Shown here: positions 53,601 to 63,687 of the stretch, piece after piece
How the letters are laid out: each line of letters opens with the position of its first letter
Position numbering within the stretch: position 1 is the stretch's first letter
Assembly: GCA_965216325.1 (NCBI GenBank)
Contig: OZ244160.1
Coordinates: 2,656,001-2,720,000 of the forward strand
Direction of reading: 5' to 3'
Length of the DNA: 64,000 bases
From: Coraliomargarita sp.
GTDB taxonomy: Bacteria > Verrucomicrobiota > Verrucomicrobiia > Opitutales > Coraliomargaritaceae
The notes under the pieces: generated by a model
Databases searched by the model: none
Seen by the model: only the letters and a program-made list of their open reading frames with translations
Told to the model about the DNA's origin: nothing
Made by a program: the position numbers and the translations under genes

Positions 53601-55385
53601 TTACTCTCGTTCCATCGTCTCCTCGATGGCGTTTTGCTGTCGAGCGATGTCGTGCAGGGTGACGATGCCGAGCAGCTTGGTCGGATCCTTGCGGCTGACG
53701 ATCGGAGCCTGTAGCACGTCCTTAATGACTAAGGTGTTGGCTGCGCTGCGGATGGAGTCGTCAGGATAGATTGAAATAATCTGTTGCTCGGCGATATACT
53801 CTGAGATCGGTTCGTTGTTACCTGCGGCGATGAGCTCTTCGAGTTCATGGTGCATGATCATTCCGATCAGCTCTTGCGAGTTGAGATCCGCGATGACCGG
53901 ATAGCCATGATGCAAGTGGCCACGGTCCCGAATTTGCTCCATGGTTTCAACTGCGTTGAACACGCCGACGGTCGTGTGGCAGTCGTGGGTCATGATCGTG
54001 CTGATTGGCAAGTTGCGCCAGTCTTGCTCGCCACGATAGGCTGGAAGCTTTTTCAGGCTGATGCCGTCCTGTAGGAGTAGGGCATCGTAAATCGGCACTG
54101 CTCGGAGTTTGCAGGAAATGACATAAGCGAGCAAGTTGCCCACCATGAGTGGCAGAATCAGCGAGTAGTTGCGCGTCATCTCAAAGATGATGAGGATCGA
54201 TGTCATCGGACAACGGATCACCGCCGCGAAGAACGCACCGGTTCCGAGTAGAGCGGCACCCGCACGCACGGACTCGTCTACTTGAAAGATATCGACCATG
54301 ATCGCGCCAAAGAGGCCACCGAGCATACTGCCGATGAAAATGACTGGGGCGAAGATGCCACCACTGGCACCGGAGGCATAACAGACTGCAGTGGCAAGGA
54401 GTTTGCCGATCAGAAGCAGGAGTAGCACTTCCCACGTCAGATTGCCGTTCAGAGCGCCATTCAAGTCATCGTAACCAATACTGAAGACACCGTGGTGACC
54501 GTTACTGAATTGAAAAACGGTGATGCCAATCAGGCCTACAGATAGTCCGCCGAGGGCAGGCTTGAGCCAGATGGGGAAGTTTTGCCACTGTTTGAAGCGC
54601 CCACGGAGGCTGAGCAGCATGGCAGTGAAGCCATGTCCTAAAAATGCGGCTGCAGGGCCGAGCACGAGGCAGATCAACATCCACCATGAAGTGGTAAAGA
54701 ATTCTTCGTCTGCTTGGAGGGCGCCGTGTTCGCCGAGGATCGTACGCTCCACGACCGCTGCCACGACAACTGCAATCAGGATGCCACCGAGCGCTTTACT
54801 GCTGAAGTTATCCATCAGCTCCTCGAACACGAAGGTGATCGCAGAGATCGGCGCATTGAAGGCCGCAGAGATACCGGCACCCATGCCGACTGGAACCATC
54901 GCCTGTACACGCAGTTTACCGAGGCCAAAGAGCCGACCGATTTTTGAGGAGACTGCACTGCAGATATGCACGGTTGGGCCTTCGCGGCCGAGGCTATTAC
55001 CAAATGCAACCGAGATCGTGCCGATGATGAAGCGCCAGAAGGCCTCCATGACCGGGATAACACCGAACTTCTGGTAGTAGGCGGCTTTGGTCTGCGGAAT
55101 ACCCGAACCGGCTGCGGTGGGGGAAACATAGCGCAACATGAGGCCGACGATCAGGCCTGCAACTGCAGGGGAGAGGACCATCGCGGGTGCAGCCCATGCT
55201 CCAAGTCCGGCATAGAAGCCGAAGAGTGTTTCAAAAAGGCCGGTGATCAATAAGTGGAAACTGACGCCGATCAGGCCACAGACCACACCCGAGCAGATAC
55301 ACAGTGCAAGAAAGCGTTGCGCGTCGTCGAAGCGTCCGCGCATCCAATTTGGTAAATTATTAAGGCTAAAAGGTTCCCGAGCCAT
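53601..55385 (-). CDS. CLC-family Cl-/H+ antiporter with CBS domains
   Basis: GSGIP, GREGP, FEEL, GIFAP, IYD; C-terminal CBS pair. Confidence 0.93.
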   Translation of the reverse strand: MAREPFSLNNLPNWMRGRFDDAQRFLALCICSGVVCGLIGVSFHLLITGLFETLFGFYAGLGAWAAPAMVLSPAVAGLIVGLMLRYVSPTAAGSGIPQTKAAYYQKFGVIPVMEAFWRFIIGTISVAFGNSLGREGPTVHICSAVSSKIGRLFGLGKLRVQAMVPVGMGAGISAAFNAPISAITFVFEELMDNFSSKALGGILIAVVVAAVVERTILGEHGALQADEEFFTTSWWMLICLVLGPAAAFLGHGFTAMLLSLRGRFKQWQNFPIWLKPALGGLSVGLIGITVFQFSNGHHGVFSIGYDDLNGALNGNLTWEVLLLLLIGKLLATAVCYASGASGGIFAPVIFIGSMLGGLFGAIMVDIFQVDESVRAGAALLGTGAFFAAVIRCPMTSILIIFEMTRNYSLILPLMVGNLLAYVISCKLRAVPIYDALLLQDGISLKKLPAYRGEQDWRNLPISTIMTHDCHTTVGVFNAVETMEQIRDRGHLHHGYPVIADLNSQELIGMIMHHELEELIAAGNNEPISEYIAEQQIISIYPDDSIRSAANTLVIKDVLQAPIVSRKDPTKLLGIVTLHDIARQQNAIEETMERE

Positions 55386-55534
55386 GTCTTGTGCAGCAAA
55401 AAGAAAGGCCGCCAGCCCTTTGTCTGACGGCCTTCAAGGGTATGAAACAAAACTTTTTTGAATGCACGGAAGAAATTTGAAAAAATTACTTGGCAAGATG
55501 AAGAACAGGCCTACTGTCTCGGGCTTCCTCCTCT

Positions 55535-55626
<92 letters not shown>

Positions 55627-55769
55627 AGACCGCTCGAAAGAACGGTCTTTCTTTTTGCACGAGTGCGCCGGATGAGCCGGGTCTACACCAAAGTTTGGGG
55701 AGTGAGGCTATTATTATTGATATTATAGTGTTACCCGCACTGAGCGATGACGCGTAGTCGGTAGTTGCT

Positions 55770-55819
55770 AATCCGCTCCCACCACCACTTTTAAAACCCG
55801 TTCGAAAGAACGTTTTTTG
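55770..55819 (+). repeat. Degenerate duplicate of the tRNA-Tyr 3' end plus terminator
   Basis: aatccgctcccaccaccacttttaaaacccgttcgaaagaacg versus aatccggctcccaccaccattttaaagaccgctcgaaagaacgg at 55602. Confidence 0.85.
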
Positions 55820-55834
55820 GTCTAGATTCATGCT

Positions 55835-55895
55835 CGCACAGGCGTTTCGCCTGTGTTTTAGCTCGTGAAGGAAGCAGGCAAGATGCCTGTTCTAC
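55835..55895. repeat. REP-like dyad, CAGGC family
   Basis: cacaggcgtttcgcctgtg ... gcaggcaagatgcctgttctac. Confidence 0.75.
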
Positions 55896-55960
55896 ATAAA
55901 GAAAAGGCACTCTCGAACGGTTCGAGAGCGCCTTGTATTAAAGTAGTAATATGGGTGAGC

Positions 55961-56419
55961 CTAGGCGACTTCGAAGATCGCTTGGATCTCTACGGTGGTG
56001 TCGAGTGGCAAGCCGGTGACAGCAACGGCAGCACGTGTGTGACGGCCACGGTCCCCGAGGATCTCGACCATGGTGTCGGATGCGCCGTTGATCACCTTTG
56101 GGCTGTCGGCAAAGCCAGGGACGCCGTTGACGAAGCCGTTGAGCTGCACGACGCGGCTGACTTTATCAAGATCGCCAAGGTGGGTTTTTGCAACTGCGAG
56201 CAAGTTGAGTGCGCAGACGCGCGCAGCTTCTTGTCCGTAAGCGATGTCGCGGGTTTCACCGATCTTGCCTGTGTGGGTCATTTCGCCGTTTACCAGGCAG
56301 ATTGCGCCGGAGAGATAGAGTAGGTTGCCTACTTGCATGGAGGCGACATAGTTGCCTGCAGGTGTGGGAGCGGTAGGTAGTTCGATACCGAGTTCTTGGA
56401 GTCGTTCGTCTGTAGTCAT
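55961..56419 (-). CDS. RidA/YjgF family protein
   Basis: PTPAGNYV, NGASD, GRHTRAAV, VEI; start moved out of the repeat. Confidence 0.92.
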   Translation of the reverse strand: MTTDERLQELGIELPTAPTPAGNYVASMQVGNLLYLSGAICLVNGEMTHTGKIGETRDIAYGQEAARVCALNLLAVAKTHLGDLDKVSRVVQLNGFVNGVPGFADSPKVINGASDTMVEILGDRGRHTRAAVAVTGLPLDTTVEIQAIFEVA

Positions 56420-56423
56420 GGGA

Positions 56424-56585
56424 TGAACGTTGAACATCGAACGTCGAACGTCGAACATCGAATGAAGTGGATGTGAACTTAGGTTCTGCCTATATCGCTC
56501 ATTCGTGTGCGCAGCGAGGACGCTGCTGCGCTACCTGTCCAATGTCGTTCAACATTCGAAGTTGGACGTTCGATGTTCAACGTTC
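56424..56585. repeat. Inverted-arm tandem heptamer element with a nested REP arm
   Basis: tgaacgt tgaacat cgaacgt cgaacgt cgaacat ... gaagttg gacgttc gatgttc aacgttc. Confidence 0.88.
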
Positions 56586-57887
56586 CCCGTAGGGGTGTTC
56601 GCCTTCGGAGTTCGCGATGACGACGGCTCCAACTGTGTCGCTGAAGACGTTGACCGATGTGCGGCACATGTCGAGGATGCGGTCCGTGACCCAAACCACG
56701 CCGATCGCTTCGACGGGAAGGCCTACTGCAGGCAGAATGACCGCAATGGCAACCAGACTAGCGGATGGAATGCCAGCGACGCCGATACTCGTCGTCAATG
56801 CGAGGAGCACGACCAGTAGTTGTTGTCCAAGATCCAGTGCGACGGCACCGGTCGCGGCATAGAGCTGTGCGATGAAGAGCACGACAATGCACTCATACAG
56901 GGCAGTGCCGTCCATGTTAACCGTTGCGCCGAGCGGAAGGGTAAACGAGCTGGTTTTCTTCGAGACGCCGGCACGCTCTTCCACCGTTTCAATCGTGAGC
57001 GGTAGGGTCGCGGATGAGCTGGCCGTTGAGAAAGAGGTGAGTAGCACGGGCGCCATGGCCTTATAGTGCGCAAAGGGGGGCACTTTGCCGACGAGTTTCA
57101 AGGTCAGCCCGAGGCTGATGAAGAAGTGAATTGCGAGTGCCAGTAAAACAGTGATGAAGAACATCAGGATGGCACCTATGAGATCGCCAATTGGGGCGCG
57201 CAAGAGCACGGGGGTGACCAATCCGAAGACACCGATAGGAGCGAAGCGGATGATGAAGTCGGTGAGCTTGAGCATAACTTCCTGTGTGCTTTCCCAGAAC
57301 TTGTGCTGCGCTTCGCGGTGCTCTGCTTTCAGCTTGCCGATGAAGGCGCCGAATAGAATCGAGAAGGTGATCACTCCGAGGAGCTGTCCGTTATTAGTGG
57401 CCGCATCCACGATATTGGACGGGAACATGCGTTGAAAAATTTCAAACAGATCGCTCGAGCTGCGGCCTTCGACTTTATCAAGCAGGCCTTCATTGAGTGC
57501 AGTTTCGCTGGCGCGTCCAAGCATGGCTTGTGCGGTCTCGGCGTCGATGTTGCCAGGCTGTAGGAGGTTCACCACAATGAGGCCAACAGTCACCGCGATG
57601 GCGCCGCTGAAGGTATAGTAGGCGAAGGTCTTTAGCCCCATGCGCCCGACACCTTTCTCGGCACCCAGATGCATGACCCCAGTTATAATCGAGCTGACGA
57701 TGAGCGGCACGATCACCATCTTCAACGCATTCATAAAAAGCTTTCCGATGAATTGGCAGAAGCCTTCAAACTCTGCGCTAAAGGCTTCGCCCGCGAGCGG
57801 GAGAAGCAGGAATCCGAACAGCGCGGCAAGCGCGAGGGAGATGAGAATTTGCCAGTGTAGTTGTAAGCGTGTCGGGTTGGCAGTCAT
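56577..57887 (-). CDS. Dicarboxylate/amino acid:cation symporter (DAACS, GltP-like)
   Basis: [47 protein letters not shown]. Confidence 0.95.
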   Translation of the reverse strand: MTANPTRLQLHWQILISLALAALFGFLLLPLAGEAFSAEFEGFCQFIGKLFMNALKMVIVPLIVSSIITGVMHLGAEKGVGRMGLKTFAYYTFSGAIAVTVGLIVVNLLQPGNIDAETAQAMLGRASETALNEGLLDKVEGRSSSDLFEIFQRMFPSNIVDAATNNGQLLGVITFSILFGAFIGKLKAEHREAQHKFWESTQEVMLKLTDFIIRFAPIGVFGLVTPVLLRAPIGDLIGAILMFFITVLLALAIHFFISLGLTLKLVGKVPPFAHYKAMAPVLLTSFSTASSSATLPLTIETVEERAGVSKKTSSFTLPLGATVNMDGTALYECIVVLFIAQLYAATGAVALDLGQQLLVVLLALTTSIGVAGIPSASLVAIAVILPAVGLPVEAIGVVWVTDRILDMCRTSVNVFSDTVGAVVIANSEGEHPYGER

Positions 57888-57976
57888 AAGCAGCAGTTTG
57901 TTGTTGGATGATTGAGCATCAACAACTCCTGCGGGTTTTCCAGTCTAAAGCTAGACGGTCATCTTCCCTGTATGTG

Positions 57977-59644
57977 CTAGGCTTCCTTCTTTGTTTCCGA
58001 GGCTTCCGCATACATCTCGATCGGTTGCTCGTTGTGTTTGCTGCATGCGGCAAGTGCTTTCTCGAAGCTTCGTTTATTGACTGGCTTCGGCACATAGAAA
58101 TTCATGCCTGAACGATAGCACTCTTCGCGGGCGTGATCGCTGGTCTGTGCGGTCATGGCAGAGATGAAGATGGAGCTGTTCTGGTCGCCTGCCTTGCCAG
58201 ACCGAATGAGTCGGGTGGTCTCGTAGCCGGTTAGCTCCGGCATGCGGCAGTCCATGAACACACAGTCAAACTGAGTTTCTTGCAGTTTTTGTAGGCCTTC
58301 TGAGCCACTCATTGCCAAGTGAACTTCACAGCTGAGAAGTTGCAGGAAGCGCTTTGCAACGTCGAGGTTGACCTTGTTGTCGTCGATGATGAGGACCCTG
58401 AGTTGTGGTTCTCTCTGCGATTTTGTTGCTTGCTCTACCAGACGTTTGATCTGTTCGTCTTTATGTGCTTGCTGAGCCGATTTAGGAGACAAGATTTTGA
58501 CCGGAATCTCTACACGGTAGCAACTGCCGTCAGCTTCGGATTCTTCGTAGGTGAAAGACCCTTTAAGCTTTGCGATGATACCAGTTGAAACGATTAGGCC
58601 GATGTCATAGCGGTCGGGGTTGAGTTCTGTATTCAGTGAATTCAGACTGTTCCAGTTCGTTCCAGTCGCTGTAATTTCGATGATTAGACTGTGGATCTTC
58701 TTGCGCGTAATTTTGCGTGCAGAGATGCGGATGCCTCCTGACTGAGTATGGTCAATGGCTTTTGCGATGATGTTTTCAATGGCACGTGCGAAGTACTTTT
58801 GGTCGCCGATGACATAGTCTGGAATGACTGCGCTTTGGAGTTCGATGGCCAAGCCTTTTTCTGCGGCTTCAGTTGCAGTTCGATGAATGCAAGTTTGGAT
58901 TATTTCCGCGGGAGAGTAGGTCGTTTCCGTTAACTCGAGTTTGTCTGCTTCTAAGTGTGCGTATTCAATCGTGCTATCAATTAGGCGCAGAAGAGTTTTC
59001 GCACAAGCGTTGGCTGACTGAACCATTTGAGATTGCTCGCCTTTCAGTTTGGTTTCGGCAATCAGTTCAAGCACCCCTTGGATGCTGGTCATCGGTGTCT
59101 TGGCTTCGTGCCCGAAGCGCATGATGAAGTCTTCTCGAGATTGGATGAGTTGCTCAATTTTGCGTTTGTATTCGCTTTTCGTCGAAGAGAGGTGGGCGAC
59201 TTTCTCTTTTTGAATATACTGGCTTCGGGTGCTTTCTGCGAGCTGGTCGGAGTAATAGTCTTTTTGAATCCGTAGGAGTGTGCGAAAGCAGACCAAACCA
59301 ACGAATGACATGTCGTCATCGATAATTACGATGTCATGAGTCGAGCTGGATGACTGCTTTATTGCATAGTTTAGGTTGTCCTCAATGGGCAGTGCTGAGG
59401 TGCAAATGATGGGGGCTGCGATTAAGCAATCCTCGACAGCTTTGGGCTTGTTGAAGGCTGATGCTTCTTGCGCTTCGATCTTTTGGATAGAGGTTAGGCC
59501 GATGACGAGGCTACCTCGGGTCACTGCTCCATATCCGGTGGGTGAAGATGCGAGCAGTCGCTTGGCTTTTCGGATTGAATTCTCCGAGTCAATCTTTGTT
59601 AGGTGGTCAATGTAGTTCTGTATGCCGTGGGAATTGGTTTTCAT
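57977..59644 (-). CDS. Hybrid sensor kinase/response regulator-like protein with degenerate HATPase domain
   Basis: H-box GHEAKTPM, receiver IDDN..FMDCRMP..AMTA..KP, CBS-like N-terminal segment. Confidence 0.85.
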   Translation of the reverse strand: MKTNSHGIQNYIDHLTKIDSENSIRKAKRLLASSPTGYGAVTRGSLVIGLTSIQKIEAQEASAFNKPKAVEDCLIAAPIICTSALPIEDNLNYAIKQSSSSTHDIVIIDDDMSFVGLVCFRTLLRIQKDYYSDQLAESTRSQYIQKEKVAHLSSTKSEYKRKIEQLIQSREDFIMRFGHEAKTPMTSIQGVLELIAETKLKGEQSQMVQSANACAKTLLRLIDSTIEYAHLEADKLELTETTYSPAEIIQTCIHRTATEAAEKGLAIELQSAVIPDYVIGDQKYFARAIENIIAKAIDHTQSGGIRISARKITRKKIHSLIIEITATGTNWNSLNSLNTELNPDRYDIGLIVSTGIIAKLKGSFTYEESEADGSCYRVEIPVKILSPKSAQQAHKDEQIKRLVEQATKSQREPQLRVLIIDDNKVNLDVAKRFLQLLSCEVHLAMSGSEGLQKLQETQFDCVFMDCRMPELTGYETTRLIRSGKAGDQNSSIFISAMTAQTSDHAREECYRSGMNFYVPKPVNKRSFEKALAACSKHNEQPIEMYAEASETKKEA

Positions 59645-59763
59645 TGGGTAGTGCTAATATAAGGTTTACCGCTACAAAAACCGTTTGCACCTTTCCCACA
59701 ACCAGTGGAGGTCGAAAGCGTTCGAATTTACACTTTTTTAAAGTGGGTTAGGTTGTGCTACTA

Positions 59764-60585
59764 CTAAAGCAGGGCCACCCATTCTGAGCCGGGGATTTCT
59801 TCAGGGCGCACCGTTGGAGAATAGCCTTTTTCGACCAACTGCTCATACCAAATTTTGGCCCGTGGATAGGGGTCCTTTTTGCACAGCGCACCGAGTTGTT
59901 TGCGGCGTTGAGTGAAGATGCGGCGCACGCATGCGCGGGCTTCTTCGGTAAAGCGAATTGCGTCTGGCTTTAAGTCGATACGAAGCAGTGTGGAATCGAC
60001 TTTCGGTGCGGGGTGAAAACAGTTGGCTGAGACGAGGTGCTTGCTGTGCACATCGTAAGCCGCCTGAAGGAAGATCGAAATCGCTCCGAAGGTCTTGCTG
60101 CCGTGCGGTGCAATATAGCGATCCGCGGCTTCTTTCTGAAGCATGAGGACCATCCGCTGGGGGAGCGGGCCAGCGAGAATTGCTTCCATCCATGGTGTGG
60201 AAACCGCATAGGGAAGATTCGCGACGATCTTAAAGCCTGCTTCGGCTTTATCGTCAGGCAGGGCGGCGCGCGGGTGATCGAGGCAGTCGCCTTCGGTCAG
60301 GTCGAGGCGGTCTTGTTGGGGGGCGAGTTTGTTGCGCAGATACTCGGCGAGTGTGCTGTCCCGCTCGACGGCGTAGAGTTGTGCTCCAGTGCTTAAGATT
60401 GCGCGAGTCAATGTGCCGAGGCCGGGGCCAACTTCGACGACATTGCTCTCGGGGCCGATATTGGCCAGTTCGATGGACTTACGCACGATATTGCCATCGA
60501 CCAGAAAGTTCTGACCGAGCTTCTTGTTGGGAAAGTGTTCGAGTTCTCCGAGGAGCTCGCGTGTCTGGTTCGGGCTAAGTGGCAC
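59764..60585 (-). CDS. rsmA: 16S rRNA m6,2A dimethyltransferase
   Basis: KKLGQNFL, EVGPGLGTLT, VANLPY, MLQKE, PAPKVDS. Confidence 0.96.
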   Translation of the reverse strand: MPLSPNQTRELLGELEHFPNKKLGQNFLVDGNIVRKSIELANIGPESNVVEVGPGLGTLTRAILSTGAQLYAVERDSTLAEYLRNKLAPQQDRLDLTEGDCLDHPRAALPDDKAEAGFKIVANLPYAVSTPWMEAILAGPLPQRMVLMLQKEAADRYIAPHGSKTFGAISIFLQAAYDVHSKHLVSANCFHPAPKVDSTLLRIDLKPDAIRFTEEARACVRRIFTQRRKQLGALCKKDPYPRAKIWYEQLVEKGYSPTVRPEEIPGSEWVALL

Positions 60586-60612
60586 GTGTCGTTAACCTAG
60601 AGAATGGGTGGG

Positions 60613-60874
60613 ACCGTTAATTTACGTGAATTAACGTTAATTGTCTGAGATATTACCAGCCATTAGGGCGTGGATTTTGATGTTCTGGAACCATGAGTCC
60701 AAGGACGATCATTAATGATCGCAATCAGCGGGATGAGTGCAGCGACTGTGATGATCATCTGTTTCATTTAATTCGTAGGACAGCTAGGTTGAACCTAGGT
60801 TGCAAGATCGTATGAGTTGTCTGTCCTGCACATGGTTTACTTAGTATTTACGTAAATTGACGTTAATTAACGGT
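60613..60874. repeat. 262-bp element bounded by inverted 9-bp-periodic arms
   Basis: Left accgttaatttacgtgaattaacgttaat; reverse complement of right accgttaattaacgtcaatttacgtaaat. Confidence 0.8.
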
Positions 60875-60903
60875 TTTATGTCAGAAGCCTGATTAGTAAT
60901 TGT

Positions 60904-61593
60904 TTAGAAGCCTTGCTCGGGATTGCCGCCGAGCGGTGCGGCAGGGGCGCTACGTGGATCTTTTAGATCGGCAGCGTAGTTTTTATGCTGCTGCCAGCCT
61001 GCGCGGAAGGGGGCGCCGTGTTCCTTGATCCATTCGGTGATGGTATCGAGCACTGTAGGGTCGTTGTGCTTGGACCATTCAGGGTGCAGCCAAATGATTT
61101 GGTCCGTGCATGGGTTCCAGCCGAGTACGGCTAGTTTATCTAGGTATTCACTGATTGCAGTGGGCGAATCGACGATGACTTTGAGTTCGTTGGCTTGTTG
61201 GAGATTTTCCGGTAGGGGCCACTTCCAGCGCTTGGGGCTGAGGGTAATCCAGTCAAAGTCACCACGGATTTTGAAGGCGCCGCTGGTTTCAAGGTGTGTG
61301 CGTTGATCAATCCGATGCAGTTCGGAAGTGAGCTCGCTAAGGTCGTGGATCGCTGGTTCGCCGCCTGTGATAACAGTGAACTCCGCTTTAGTTGCACTGA
61401 CTGCTGCTACGAGTTCGGCTGGTTCGATGCGGTTGATATGATCCGGCACGTAATCAGGGTGCCAAGTTCCCGCTGAATCACACCATGGGCAATGCACAGG
61501 GCAGCCGAAGGTGCGGATGAAGTAAGCCGCCCGTCCAACGTGGCAGCCTTCACCTTGGAAGCTGTAGAACTGTTCGTGGACGGGGAGTTTCAT
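60904..61593 (-). CDS. queE: 7-carboxy-7-deazaguanine synthase (radical SAM)
   Basis: [39 protein letters not shown]. Confidence 0.93.
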   Translation of the reverse strand: MKLPVHEQFYSFQGEGCHVGRAAYFIRTFGCPVHCPWCDSAGTWHPDYVPDHINRIEPAELVAAVSATKAEFTVITGGEPAIHDLSELTSELHRIDQRTHLETSGAFKIRGDFDWITLSPKRWKWPLPENLQQANELKVIVDSPTAISEYLDKLAVLGWNPCTDQIIWLHPEWSKHNDPTVLDTITEWIKEHGAPFRAGWQQHKNYAADLKDPRSAPAAPLGGNPEQGF

Positions 61594-61619
61594 CTGTAAT
61601 TTGCTTTAGAGTAGGATTT

Positions 61620-61723
61620 ACTACGACAGGCACGACGTAGTGTGAACGAAGATGGCGGAGCAAAAACACGAAGGCCCTGATGCTTCGGTCGCTAAGTTTC
61701 GTCTTTTTCGTGCCTTTCGTAGT
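61620..61723. repeat. Inverted-arm 9-bp-periodic element, ACGAAA family
   Basis: actacgacaggcacga ... ttcgtctttttcgtgcctttcgtagt. Confidence 0.7.
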
Positions 61724-61735
61724 CTAAAACATCGC

Positions 61736-62170
61736 CTATTCTGTTGGTGTGTATTTCGCTGAGTTCTTGGAGTCTTCTTCGATTTCGACCGAAACAATCC
61801 ACACACGCTCGTCGGTTTGCTTGGCGACCATTGGATTGAATACGTCGTAGAGGTGCTTCGCGAGGCCTTCGCTGGAGCAGTTCGGCACAATATACGGTTG
61901 GAACAAGTATCCGAAGCTTTCGAGTAACTGGTCTTTCTCTGGGTCGTCCTCGTTCAGTAAGCAGGCGTGGTCGAGATTTTCATCGATCCAAGCCTTGAGG
62001 TATTTGAGTTTGCCGAAGTCGACGACGAACCCATTGGCGTCGGTCTCCTTGCAAGCGAAGGTCAATGTGATCGCCCAGTTGTGGCCATGAATGAGAGCGC
62101 AGTGTCCATCGTGATGGTGTTGGCGGTGTGCGAACGGGATGTCGCGATAAGTTTTGGTGCAAGTAAGCAT
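61736..62170 (-). CDS. queD: 6-carboxytetrahydropterin synthase
   Basis: AH...[26 protein letters not shown]. Confidence 0.93.
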   Translation of the reverse strand: MLTCTKTYRDIPFAHRQHHHDGHCALIHGHNWAITLTFACKETDANGFVVDFGKLKYLKAWIDENLDHACLLNEDDPEKDQLLESFGYLFQPYIVPNCSSEGLAKHLYDVFNPMVAKQTDERVWIVSVEIEEDSKNSAKYTPTE

Positions 62171-62211
62171 ACTTCTGAAGGGTGAAAGCTGAGGCCTGAT
62201 ACTTGAGTAAA

Positions 62212-62913
62212 TTATAGTCTCCAGCCGGTGACTATTAGCTCTTCGACGCTGGGTGCGTCGTCGGCATAGGGGGTGGGATCTTCAACCGCTGCCAAGTGGA
62301 AGGCTTCGCGACGTTCGATACAGGTGCCGCAGCGACCGCAGTGGATTTCGCCGCCCTTGTAGCAGGACCAGGTTTGTTCGAAGGGCACGCCGAGTTCGGC
62401 ACCGCGGCGAACGATGTCAGCTTTGGTCCAGTCGACAAAGGGGCGGTTGAGCTCGACCTGATCCCAGTCGCAGAGCCGGATCGCTTCGGCCATGGCGTCG
62501 GCAAACTCGTTGCGGCAGTCGGGATAGATCGCGTGGTCGCCGCTATGTGCGGCGTAGGCGACCTGATCCGCCTTGATCGAGAGGGCATGGCCGGTGGCGA
62601 CGGCGAGAAAGATCATATTCCGATTGGGCACGACCGTGCTCTTCATATTTTCCTCGGTGTAGTGGCCTTCGGCGACTTCGATTTCCGGCGACGTTAGGCT
62701 GCTGCCTGCCAAAAGTGGCTGAATGGCAGATAGATCCGCAGTTTGGTGCGGCACATCAATGGCATTGCAGATGGCCGCCGCGCGCTCCAGTTCGCAGCGG
62801 TGGCGTTGTCCGTAATCGATCGAAAGTGCGTGGACTTGCTGGCCGACGGCGCGCAAGTGATACAGGAGGACGGTGGAATCGAGACCGCCGGAATATATTA
62901 ATACAGATTTCAT
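62212..62913 (-). CDS. queC: 7-cyano-7-deazaguanine synthase
   Basis: SGGLDST, YGQRH, VPNRN, YPDCR, SCY..CGRCGTC. Confidence 0.97.
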   Translation of the reverse strand: MKSVLIYSGGLDSTVLLYHLRAVGQQVHALSIDYGQRHRCELERAAAICNAIDVPHQTADLSAIQPLLAGSSLTSPEIEVAEGHYTEENMKSTVVPNRNMIFLAVATGHALSIKADQVAYAAHSGDHAIYPDCRNEFADAMAEAIRLCDWDQVELNRPFVDWTKADIVRRGAELGVPFEQTWSCYKGGEIHCGRCGTCIERREAFHLAAVEDPTPYADDAPSVEELIVTGWRL

Positions 62914-62917
62914 GAAT

Positions 62918-62992
62918 TCAGTGAGTGCCGGACTGGTTAGCGGCGCCCTGGGAATTCGTTAGCAGGGCGTTGACCGGACCCGCTAGACTGCC
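62918..62992 (-). ncRNA. Candidate structured leader RNA of queCDE
   Basis: UAGCGG/CCGCUA stem enclosing a CGCCCUG/CAGGGCG hairpin, ending about 24 nt before the queC ATG. Confidence 0.4.
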
Positions 62993-63127
62993 TTGGTGCC
63001 CGTGGGGGGCAAGACTAAAGGGAAGAGGCGTGACAAGGGCGTCACAAAATCAAATTGTAGCTTGCCAGCATTTGGGCGTGGGCTAGGTTTTGCTCGTTTT
63101 GAGCAAGCCAATATGCCCGGCAGCCAA

Positions 63128-63682
<555 letters not shown>

Positions 63683-63687
63683 GACTT

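Noticed and set aside
56420..56458. Extension MFDVRRSMFNVHP of RidA
   Set aside because: Repeat-derived; ATG 56419 gives a normal family start, unlike the dus case
60904..62913. queCDE as a 7-deazaguanine DNA-modification (dpd) island
   Set aside because: No dpdA/tgt-like gene or nuclease nearby; flanked by housekeeping genes, so queuosine precursor synthesis is more likely
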